Source: an uncultured Candidatus Berkelbacteria bacterium | Lineage (GTDB): Bacteria > Patescibacteriota > UBA1384 > UBA12157 | Assembly (NCBI GenBank): GCA_903877885.1 | Contig: CAIRFN010000005.1 | Location: forward strand, 17,956-81,955 | Direction of reading: 5' to 3' | Length of the DNA: 64,000 bases | Shown: piece by piece, positions 17,942-25,036 of the stretch | How positions within the stretch are numbered: the stretch's first letter is position 1 | How the letters are laid out: every line of letters begins with the position of its first letter | Made by a program: the position numbers and the translations under genes | The notes under the pieces: model-generated | The model's database searches: none | Told to the model about the DNA's origin: nothing | The model's input: only the letters and a program-made list of their open reading frames with translations

Positions 17942-19258
17942 CTATCCATCCATTCTCTTTAACAACGCGTCGCGAGCGATTTTGCGGTCAGACCAAGGAA
18001 TTTTCTTTTCGCCAACCACCATACATTCCTCGGCGCCTTTGCCGGTAATGAGAACTATATCATCTTTGTGAGCAATTTTAATAGCCTTTTCAATCGCCTC
18101 TTTGCGATCAAAAATCTGGAAAAAGTTCTCGTTTAAAACTTTGGGATTTTTGCTATCAGCGCCGCGAGGCACGCCGCCGGAGACTTCCTCGATAATTTTT
18201 TGAGCGTCCTCGGTATATGGATCTTCGTTCGTCACAATCACAATATCGGCAAATTTACCAGCTAAGGCGCCCAAGATTGGCCGTTTGGTTTTATCACGAT
18301 CGCCGCAAGAACCCAAAACCGAAATAATTCGAGCTTTTTTAGCCATATCCAAGGTTTGATAAACTTTCTCCAAAGCGTCTGGCGTATGAGCGTAATCAAT
18401 AATGACAGCAAAACTTTGGCCTATATCCACTTTTTCCATTCGACCTGGAACCACATCCATTTCTTCGAGTGCTTGTTTGGCCACATCCAAATGAATTTTT
18501 AAAGCATAGGCCACACAAATCGCAGCCAAAGCATTATAAATATTAAACTTGCCGGGCAAATTAGAATTAACCGCAATTTGACTGGTTGGAGTGACAATCG
18601 TAAACATTGAACCAGTTGGTTCTAGAATAATTTTTTTAGCTAAAATTTCAGGTCGAACCTGACGCGTGGTTTGAGCATTTTCAATACCGTAAGTGATAAT
18701 ATCGCGAGCTGGTAAAGCCGCAAGCTGATCAATTGTTTTTTCATCATCATTATTTAAAATATTAATCGTTTTGCCAGTCGAAAAAAGTTTGGTTTTAACC
18801 TTGCGATATTCCTCAAAAGTCTTATGATAATCCAGATGGTCGTGCGTCATATTGGTCATAATGGCAATCTGATAATTGATCCCATAAGTGCGATATTGGC
18901 TAATGGCGTGAGAAGAAGTTTCCAAAACCACCCAATGACAGCCAGCTTTAAGGCATCGACTCAAAAACTTTTGAACCGCAAATGGCGAGTCGGTGGTCAT
19001 TTTAGTCGTATTAACCCACTCTTCTTTACCAATCTTAAAATTAATCGTCGTGGCCATACCCACACGGTAATTGGCTTTTTCCAAAATTCTGGCAATCATA
19101 TTACAAGTCGTGGTTTTGCCGTTTGTACCAGTCACACCGATAATTTTGAGTTTTCGACCAGGAAAACCATAAATCATGGCCGCCAAAACGCCTCGGGCGA
19201 AATGCGTCCAAATGATAAATGATTCAGGTAAAATTGATTTAAGATAAGATTTAATCAT
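17942..19258 (-). CDS. murE: Mur ligase, MurE-like (UDP-MurNAc-L-Ala-D-Glu : diamino acid ligase) with a short N-terminal domain
   Basis: GVTGTNGKTTT P-loop, DHLDYH, GKFNIYNALAA, GRMEKV, IIDYAHTPDALEKV and ITGKGAE motifs. Confidence 0.75.
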   Translation of the reverse strand: MIKSYLKSILPESFIIWTHFARGVLAAMIYGFPGRKLKIIGVTGTNGKTTTCNMIARILEKANYRVGMATTINFKIGKEEWVNTTKMTTDSPFAVQKFLSRCLKAGCHWVVLETSSHAISQYRTYGINYQIAIMTNMTHDHLDYHKTFEEYRKVKTKLFSTGKTINILNNDDEKTIDQLAALPARDIITYGIENAQTTRQVRPEILAKKIILEPTGSMFTIVTPTSQIAVNSNLPGKFNIYNALAAICVAYALKIHLDVAKQALEEMDVVPGRMEKVDIGQSFAVIIDYAHTPDALEKVYQTLDMAKKARIISVLGSCGDRDKTKRPILGALAGKFADIVIVTNEDPYTEDAQKIIEEVSGGVPRGADSKNPKVLNENFFQIFDRKEAIEKAIKIAHKDDIVLITGKGAEECMVVGEKKIPWSDRKIARDALLKRMDG

Positions 19259-20217
19259 TTCCTTCTCATCTTCTCGATAAACTTAAATAAATTATACCAG
19301 CATTTGCTGTAAATAATATCCCAACTTCCGACTGTTTGGTATTTGATGCCGCCAAATTGCTCTTTAAATTGAGTGATACCGGCGTATTTATGTTTTTTGT
19401 CATTCTGAGCTTGCGAAGAATCTATAGATCCTTCACTGCGTTCAGGATGACTATTAAATGGCGCTACTGCTAATAAATCATAAAACTTGCAACCTTTGGC
19501 TTTGGCGATTTTAATCGCCTCCCAGTGCATTAGGTATGGTGCCATTACATTGCGATATTTTGATAAGCTTGCTCCATAAAGATAAGTCGCCATTTCGTCA
19601 AAAAAAGTAAAAATTCCAGCCGCCACGGGAATATCATTATATTTAACAACCAAAAGTTCAACGGAATTTATTTCTTTTAAGGTTTGAATTAATTTAGCAA
19701 AATATTTTTTTGGTCTGATTTGAAAACCATCTCGGCTAGCCGTTTCCTTAAAAATTTCGTAAAATTCGTCAATATTTTGTGATTTTTCAACAACTAAACC
19801 ATGTTTTTGCCCTACTTTAATATTATATCGGCCTTTTGGTTTCATTTTGGCCAAAATTTCTTCTTCAGATTTTGTTATATCCACAATTTGACGATATTCT
19901 GGCTGAATCTCTTCAAACGATTTAATGAGATGATTTTTCTTCAAAATTGTTGTAATTTTTCCACCAAAAACCGAGTTTTTTTGATTCAAAAAATCTAACC
20001 TTAAAAATATCGAGTGGGATTTTTTAGAAATTTCTTTAATTTTTGGTAAAAATTTGGGGAAATTGATTTTGTAAAAATCGACTTCCGGCGAGTACAGAAA
20101 ACTAAAACCCAGTGGTAATGGTTTTTCCAAAACTAAAACCTCATCAACCCAATGGGCTTTCCAACCTTGACTTTCGCGAAGCGCAGCCCATTCCTTTGTT
20201 TGTAGAATTGATTTCAT
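19255..20217 (-). CDS. FemAB-family peptidoglycan interpeptide aminoacyltransferase (FemX-like)
   Basis: 320 aa. N-terminus MKSILQTKEWAALRESQGW and overall Fem-family layout. It overlaps murE by 4 nt. It carries an in-frame family-B element. Confidence 0.65.
   Translation of the reverse strand: MKSILQTKEWAALRESQGWKAHWVDEVLVLEKPLPLGFSFLYSPEVDFYKINFPKFLPKIKEISKKSHSIFLRLDFLNQKNSVFGGKITTILKKNHLIKSFEEIQPEYRQIVDITKSEEEILAKMKPKGRYNIKVGQKHGLVVEKSQNIDEFYEIFKETASRDGFQIRPKKYFAKLIQTLKEINSVELLVVKYNDIPVAAGIFTFFDEMATYLYGASLSKYRNVMAPYLMHWEAIKIAKAKGCKFYDLLAVAPFNSHPERSEGSIDSSQAQNDKKHKYAGITQFKEQFGGIKYQTVGSWDIIYSKCWYNLFKFIEKMRRK
19398..19452. repeat. Family-B palindromic element in frame in the femX-like gene
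   Basis: tgtcattctgagcttgcgaagaatctatagatccttcactgcgttcaggatgac. Translated as ..HPERSEGSIDSSQAQND.. Confidence 0.8.
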
Positions 20218-20246
20218 ACTATAATTAGTATATAATAAATTATCTT

Positions 20247-21482
20247 ATGATGAAAGAAAAAATGAAAATATTAGCCATTGAATCAAGTTGTGACGAAACC
20301 GCGGCCGCCGTTATTGAAAATAATAACGGTGAGATTAAGATACATTCAAACATAATTTCTAGTCAAATTGATATTCACAAACAATTTGGTGGCGTTTTTC
20401 CCGAAATTGCTTCGCGTGCTCATGCCGAAAATATTATTCCGGTGATTAAAGAATCTTTAATTAATAGTATTGATGATGTCGATCTAATCGCTGTCACTGA
20501 CGGACCAGGTTTAATCGGTTCGCTTTTGGTTGGCGTCAATGTAGCCAAAACCTTGAGTTTCGCAAATAATATTCCGATCTTACCAATCAACCACTGGCTT
20601 GGTCATATCTATTCCTGTTTTACCGATGATAAAAATTTACCTCGATTCCCTCTTCTCGCCCTTATTGTTTCCGGTGGTCATACTGGTTTGGTGTTGATGA
20701 AAAGTCATACCGAGTACATTCAAATCGGCGCTACACTTGATGACGCCGCTGGCGAAGCTTTTGATAAAGTAGCAAAACTCTTAGAATTAGGTTATCCTGG
20801 CGGACCGGCGATTTCAGCTGCGGCTGAAGAATATAAAAAAGAATGTCATTCCGGTCCAGATGGTAATACTGGAACCGGAATCCAGGCCTGGATTCCCGAT
20901 GTCGAGTTGCCACTCGGCTCGAGAATGACAATTTCCTTTCCGAGAGCCATGCTTAATTCTAAAGATTATAATTTAATGTCAATTAAATTTCCGCGGGCCA
21001 TGATGCAATCAGGGAACTATAATTTCTCATTTTCAGGGTTAAAAACTTCTGTACTAAACAAAGTTCGAACTTTAACTGAAAATTGGAAATTGAGAACTGA
21101 AAATTTTGCCCCCGTAGTTGCCTATGAATTTCAACAATGCGTCATTGATATTTTAATTGGTAAAACTTTGAAAGCGGCTGAAGAATTTAAGCCAAAATCA
21201 ATTCTTCTTTGCGGCGGCGTTTCAGCAAATAAGGAATTAAGAGAACAAATGAAAAAAGCTATTTTGTCATTCCGGACCCCTCCTGTCATTCCGGACCGGT
21301 TGGCAACAGGATCCGGAATCCAGGAAAAAACGAATGACAAGATTAATTTTTTCTGTCCGCCCATCGAATTAACCGGCGATAACGCGGCCATGATCGGTAT
21401 TGCCGCAGCCTATCAAATCAACGCTGGCGTTAAACCAACTACATATAATAATGTAAATGCGAACTCAAATTTGAAATTGTAA
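20247..21482 (+). CDS. tsaD: tRNA N6-adenosine threonylcarbamoyltransferase TsaD (Kae1/Gcp family)
   Basis: (M)KILAIESSCDETAAAVIEN.. N-terminus with the His metal site. At 411 aa it is longer than typical, because of two in-frame element insertions plus a 17-codon tandem duplication. An alternative start exists at the ATG at 20262. Confidence 0.9.
   Translation: MMKEKMKILAIESSCDETAAAVIENNNGEIKIHSNIISSQIDIHKQFGGVFPEIASRAHAENIIPVIKESLINSIDDVDLIAVTDGPGLIGSLLVGVNVAKTLSFANNIPILPINHWLGHIYSCFTDDKNLPRFPLLALIVSGGHTGLVLMKSHTEYIQIGATLDDAAGEAFDKVAKLLELGYPGGPAISAAAEEYKKECHSGPDGNTGTGIQAWIPDVELPLGSRMTISFPRAMLNSKDYNLMSIKFPRAMMQSGNYNFSFSGLKTSVLNKVRTLTENWKLRTENFAPVVAYEFQQCVIDILIGKTLKAAEEFKPKSILLCGGVSANKELREQMKKAILSFRTPPVIPDRLATGSGIQEKTNDKINFFCPPIELTGDNAAMIGIAAAYQINAGVKPTTYNNVNANSNLKL
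20844..20930. repeat. Family-A MITE-like element in frame in tsaD (copy 1)
   Basis: tgtcattccggtccagatggtaatactggaaccggaatccag gc ctggattcccgatgtcgagttgccactcggctcgagaatgaca. Translated as ..CHSGPDGNTGTGIQAWIPDVELPLGSRMT.. Confidence 0.8.
21263..21340. repeat. Family-A MITE-like element in frame in tsaD (copy 2, with a duplicated left terminus)
   Basis: ttgtcattccggacccctcc tgtcattccggaccggttggcaacaggatccggaatccag gaaaaaacgaatgacaa. Translated as ..ILSFRTPPVIPDRLATGSGIQEKTNDK.. Confidence 0.75.
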
Positions 21483-21489
21483 CCTTAAT

Positions 21490-21880
21490 GTACACCCTGG
21501 AAGTGTACATTGGTTTGAACTAATATAAAGAGAACGCCCCTGGCAAGCCAGGGGCGGTAGGAAAGATGGATAGGGATTGGGAAAGAAAAGAATGAAAAGT
21601 AGGCGTTGCGATGCCTCGAGTGATGAAGAGATGTGCTAGACTTAGAACGAGTGGACAGATGCGGTCTGAACGAAGCCTTCTTGCGAAGGACAAGTGAACG
21701 TAGAGCCCTAAGGCTCGGACAGTGATGGTCTAGGCGGCAGCCCGAAATGCTGGCGAGTCGCAACCGAGAACACCAAAGAGGTGTCGAACATGACAAAGCA
21801 ACGCCTTATAAATATCGTAGTTCTCACTAAAACCTTTGTCAAGACCTTAAAAATCTGATAAGATAAAATAAATTAATGAG
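21490..21880. ncRNA. Candidate structured non-coding RNA in a GC-rich block with many tetraloop hairpins, between tsaD and valS
   Basis: No plausible ORF on either strand; the only long frame is S/R/L-rich junk. Hairpins at tgtacaccctggaagtgtaca, cccctggcaagccagggg, gccttcttgcgaaggc and gagccctaaggctc. GC is clearly elevated against the flanks. Identity unknown. Confidence 0.3.
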
Positions 21881-21888
21881 AAAATATT

Positions 21889-24039
21889 ATGCAAGAATTA
21901 CCATCAAATTACAATTATAAAGAAACTGAAGACAAAATTTATGCGCTGTGGGAAGAAGCCGGCGCGTTTAAACCAGTTATTGATCCTAATCAAAAACCAT
22001 ATACGATTGTGATTCCGCCACCAAATGTGACTGGTTCTCTTCATATGGGTCATGCTTTAAATAACACAATTCAAGATATTTTAATTCGTCGCTCTCGGAT
22101 GCGTGGCGTGCCAACTCTATGGATTCCCGGAACTGATCATGCCGGTATTGCTACTCAAAATGTGGTGGAAAAAAAGTTGGCTAAAGAAGGCAAAACTCGT
22201 CAAGAACTTGGGCGCGAAGAGTTCACCAAAGAAGTTTGGGATTGGGTTGATCAATATGGCAACACTATTATTGGACAGCTCAAGAAAATGGGTTGTTCTT
22301 GCGATTGGTCCAGACAGCGTTTTACCATGGATGAAGGCTATTCAGAAGCGGTTAAAGTCGCGTTCAAAAATTACTATGATAAGGGTTATATTTATCAAGG
22401 TGAACGAGTGATCAACTGGTGTACCCGTTGTCAAACTGCCTTATCTGATATCGAAGTCGAACATATTGATCAAAACGCTAAACTATATTTTTTTAAATAT
22501 GATAAAAATTTTCCGATCACCATTGCCACTACGCGACCAGAGACAAAGCTTGGCGATACAGGTGTAGCGGTCAATCCGAAAGACAAAAGATATCAGGATT
22601 ACATTGGTAAAACTTTCAAGGTTAATTTTTGCGGTGTCGACCGCGAGATTCGGGTTTTTGCTGACATTAGTATTGATATAACCTTTGGCACTGGCGCCGT
22701 CGGAGTCACTCCAGCGCATTCTTTGGTTGACTATGAAATGGCCGAAAAAAATGGCTTGGATATTATTAAAGTGATTGATCAATATGGGAAAATGACCAAA
22801 GAAGCGGGAACAGAATTTGAAGGTTTGAAAGCAACTGAAGCGCAAGCCAAAGTCATCGAAATGTTGGAAAAAGCTGGGCTGATGGAAAAAGTGGAAGAAA
22901 TCCAAAACGCGATCAGTGTGTGTTATCGCTGTAATCGACCGATTGAGCCTCAACCGTCAAAACAATGGTTTTTAAAGATGTCGGAATTAGCAAAACCAGC
23001 GATTGAAGCGGTTAAATCTGGTCAAATTAAATTCACACCAGACCGTTGGACCAAAGTTTATTTAGACTGGATGGAAAATTTGCGCGACTGGTGCATTTCT
23101 CGCCAAATCTGGTGGGGGCACACCATTCCAATTGAAGGCGAAACTGATGTTTTGGACACTTGGTTTTCGTCAGCCTTGTGGCCGTTTGCCACACTTGGTT
23201 GGCCCAATAAAACTGAAGACCTAAAATATTTTTATCCGACCACCACACTTTCCACTGCCCGCGATATTATTTATCTGTGGGTGGCACGAATGATTTTTTC
23301 AGGGCTTGAATTTACCAACGAAATTCCATTTTCACAGGTTTATATTCATCCAACGGTTTTCAATAAAGAAGGTAAACGCATGTCCAAATCTTTGGGCACC
23401 GGCGTCGATCCTTTGGAACTGATCGAGAAATACGGTGCCGATGCCACGCGATTTGGTCTTACCTATATTAATACCGGGATTCAAGATTTGAAATTTGACG
23501 AAGAAGCTATTGGTGCTGGCAAAAAATTTGCCAATAAGTTGTGGAATATCACCAGATTCATGTTGATGAGCATTTGTCATTCCGGTCCGGATGGCTCCGG
23601 AACCGGAATCCAGGAAAATGATAATCTGGATTCCAGATCAGGTTGCCAACCAGTCTGGAATGACAAGATGGAACCAAGAACTGAAGCCGATAAAATCATT
23701 CTTGAAAAACTTAATGCCGTTATTAAATCAACTGACAAAAATCTTGATGAATTTAAATTTGGCCAAGCGGCGCATGATTTGTATGATTTCGTCTGGCACG
23801 ATTTGGCCGACGTATATATAGAAGAAAGCAAAGTGACCGCGAACGGTCATCCCGAGCCGAAGTCCGGCGAGGGAACCCCTGATTTTTCAGTATTACTTTA
23901 TGTAATAGTAACTTCGATTAAACTTTTGCACCCGATTATGCCGTTTGTAACAGAAGAAATCTGGCAAAAACTCTACGAAGATAAATTAGTTGATGAAAGA
24001 ATGCTGATTACGGCAAAATGGCCAAAAGCACAAGAATAG
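21889..24039 (+). CDS. valS: Valyl-tRNA synthetase (compact form)
   Basis: PPPNVTGSLHMGHAL HIGH region, KMSKS (GKRMSKSLG) and anticodon-binding region. Carries an in-frame family-A element at 23575-23665. Confidence 0.9.
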   Translation: MQELPSNYNYKETEDKIYALWEEAGAFKPVIDPNQKPYTIVIPPPNVTGSLHMGHALNNTIQDILIRRSRMRGVPTLWIPGTDHAGIATQNVVEKKLAKEGKTRQELGREEFTKEVWDWVDQYGNTIIGQLKKMGCSCDWSRQRFTMDEGYSEAVKVAFKNYYDKGYIYQGERVINWCTRCQTALSDIEVEHIDQNAKLYFFKYDKNFPITIATTRPETKLGDTGVAVNPKDKRYQDYIGKTFKVNFCGVDREIRVFADISIDITFGTGAVGVTPAHSLVDYEMAEKNGLDIIKVIDQYGKMTKEAGTEFEGLKATEAQAKVIEMLEKAGLMEKVEEIQNAISVCYRCNRPIEPQPSKQWFLKMSELAKPAIEAVKSGQIKFTPDRWTKVYLDWMENLRDWCISRQIWWGHTIPIEGETDVLDTWFSSALWPFATLGWPNKTEDLKYFYPTTTLSTARDIIYLWVARMIFSGLEFTNEIPFSQVYIHPTVFNKEGKRMSKSLGTGVDPLELIEKYGADATRFGLTYINTGIQDLKFDEEAIGAGKKFANKLWNITRFMLMSICHSGPDGSGTGIQENDNLDSRSGCQPVWNDKMEPRTEADKIILEKLNAVIKSTDKNLDEFKFGQAAHDLYDFVWHDLADVYIEESKVTANGHPEPKSGEGTPDFSVLLYVIVTSIKLLHPIMPFVTEEIWQKLYEDKLVDERMLITAKWPKAQE
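23575..23665. repeat. Family-A MITE-like element in frame in valS
   Basis: tgtcattccggtccggatggctccggaaccggaatccag...ctggattccagatcaggttgccaaccagtctggaatgaca. Translated as ..CHSGPDGSGTGIQENDNLDSRSGCQPVWNDK.. Confidence 0.8.
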
Positions 24040-24049
24040 ATAAATTTTG

Positions 24050-24068
24050 AAATTCGAATTTTGAATTT
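24050..24068. repeat. Outer 19-bp inverted repeat, left arm (aaattcgaattttgaattt)
   Basis: Its reverse complement is identical to 24481-24499. Lies within gaaattc-type short tandem repeats. Confidence 0.75.
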
Positions 24069-24074
24069 TTTCTT

Positions 24075-24451
24075 TGTCATTCCAGACCGGCCGGAGGCAG
24101 GATCTGGAATCCAGAATAAAATGAATAATTATTATGTGTATATTTTGACTAGCAGAAGAAACGGCACTTTATATATTGGCGTAACTAATGATCTGATTAA
24201 AAGAATATGGGAACATAAAAACCATAGTAAAAAAGGATTTACAGAAAAATATAACATTTGCCAATTGATATACTTTGAGCAAACTAATAATATAAACTCC
24301 GCTATTAATAGAGAAAAACAATTAAAATCATGGAATAGAAAATGGAAACTTGACTTAATTGAGAAAGTCAATCCTGATTGGAAAGATTTATATCAAGAAT
24401 TGTTGTAACTGGATTCCCGATGTCGGATGCCATCCGACTCGAGAATGACAA
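24075..24451 (+). mobile_element. Full-length family-A element carrying a GIY-YIG nuclease ORF between its two terminal modules
   Basis: Left module tgtcattccagaccggccggaggcaggatctggaatccag (24075-24114). ORF 24121-24408. Right module ctggattcccgatgtcggatgccatccgactcgagaatgaca (24410-24451). The short MITE copies (e.g. 38811-38904) are these two modules joined directly. Confidence 0.75.
24121..24408 (+). CDS. GIY-YIG nuclease family protein (UPF0213/YhbQ-like, about 95 aa)
   Basis: ..YYVYILTSRRNGTLYIGVTNDLIKRIWEHKN.. with the GIY...YIG motifs. The start is trimmed to the ATG at 24121. The track frame is open from 24061 through the left terminal module. Confidence 0.85.
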   Translation: MNNYYVYILTSRRNGTLYIGVTNDLIKRIWEHKNHSKKGFTEKYNICQLIYFEQTNNINSAINREKQLKSWNRKWKLDLIEKVNPDWKDLYQELL

Positions 24452-24480
24452 TTGGATAATTAAAAATTGATTCGAAATTC

Positions 24481-24499
24481 GAAATTCAAAATTCGAATT
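24481..24499. repeat. Outer 19-bp inverted repeat, right arm (aaattcaaaattcgaattt)
   Basis: Exact reverse complement of 24050-24068. Confidence 0.75.
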
Positions 24500-24514
24500 T
24501 AATTGAAAGTTACT

Positions 24515-24982
24515 ATGTCTTTTACAAAACTCCTCATTATTCTATCTATCTTATTATTCGGTTTGAGCCTTTCGCTCGTGGTTTTTAAAGTTACCTATAA
24601 TAATCAGACGAAAGATATTAAGACTAAAAATCAACAAATTCTCGATCAATATAGTAATAATATTAAAACCGAAAATGATGCTTATAAATTAACTGTCGCT
24701 GGACTACATCAACTGGATGTGAATTTGCCGGATTTAGCTTTAATCAGTTTGAAACAAGCCACAGTTGCTAATCCCAGTTATCGCGATGGTTGGCTGGCAT
24801 TGGGGTCAGCTCAATTTGACACTGCGAATTTCAATAATGCTCTTATCTCTTTCCAAACCGCGGCCAAACTCGATCCAATTTTTCCTGAAACCTATCGTCT
24901 TCTCCAGATAACTTACAATAAACTCGGTCAAAATGACGCGTCTAAACTTGCGCAAACAAAATACGAATTGTTAGCAAAATAG
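24515..24982 (+). CDS. Membrane-anchored TPR-repeat protein
   Basis: N-terminal TM helix (LLIILSILLFGLSLSLVVF) followed by TPR-like repeats (..GWLALGSAQFDTANFNNALISFQTAAKLDP..). The ATG at 24515 is the likely start; the in-frame TTG at 24503 is an alternative. Confidence 0.5.
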   Translation: MSFTKLLIILSILLFGLSLSLVVFKVTYNNQTKDIKTKNQQILDQYSNNIKTENDAYKLTVAGLHQLDVNLPDLALISLKQATVANPSYRDGWLALGSAQFDTANFNNALISFQTAAKLDPIFPETYRLLQITYNKLGQNDASKLAQTKYELLAK

Positions 24983-25036
24983 TTTTTGTGTTATACTTTA
25001 TATATATTTCATAAATCATGGTAGGTCGGAGGGGCT

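Noticed and set aside
21485-21796. 103-aa minus-strand ORF (MSCSTPLWCSRLRL...) in the GC-rich block
   Set aside because: S/R/L-rich low-complexity translation with no RBS. The frame stays open only because of GC richness. The region is better explained as non-coding structured DNA/RNA.
24040-24500. (gaaattc)n-like simple repeats considered as tandem-repeat satellite
   Set aside because: They resolve into a perfect 19-bp inverted repeat pair flanking the GIY-YIG element rather than a tandem array.
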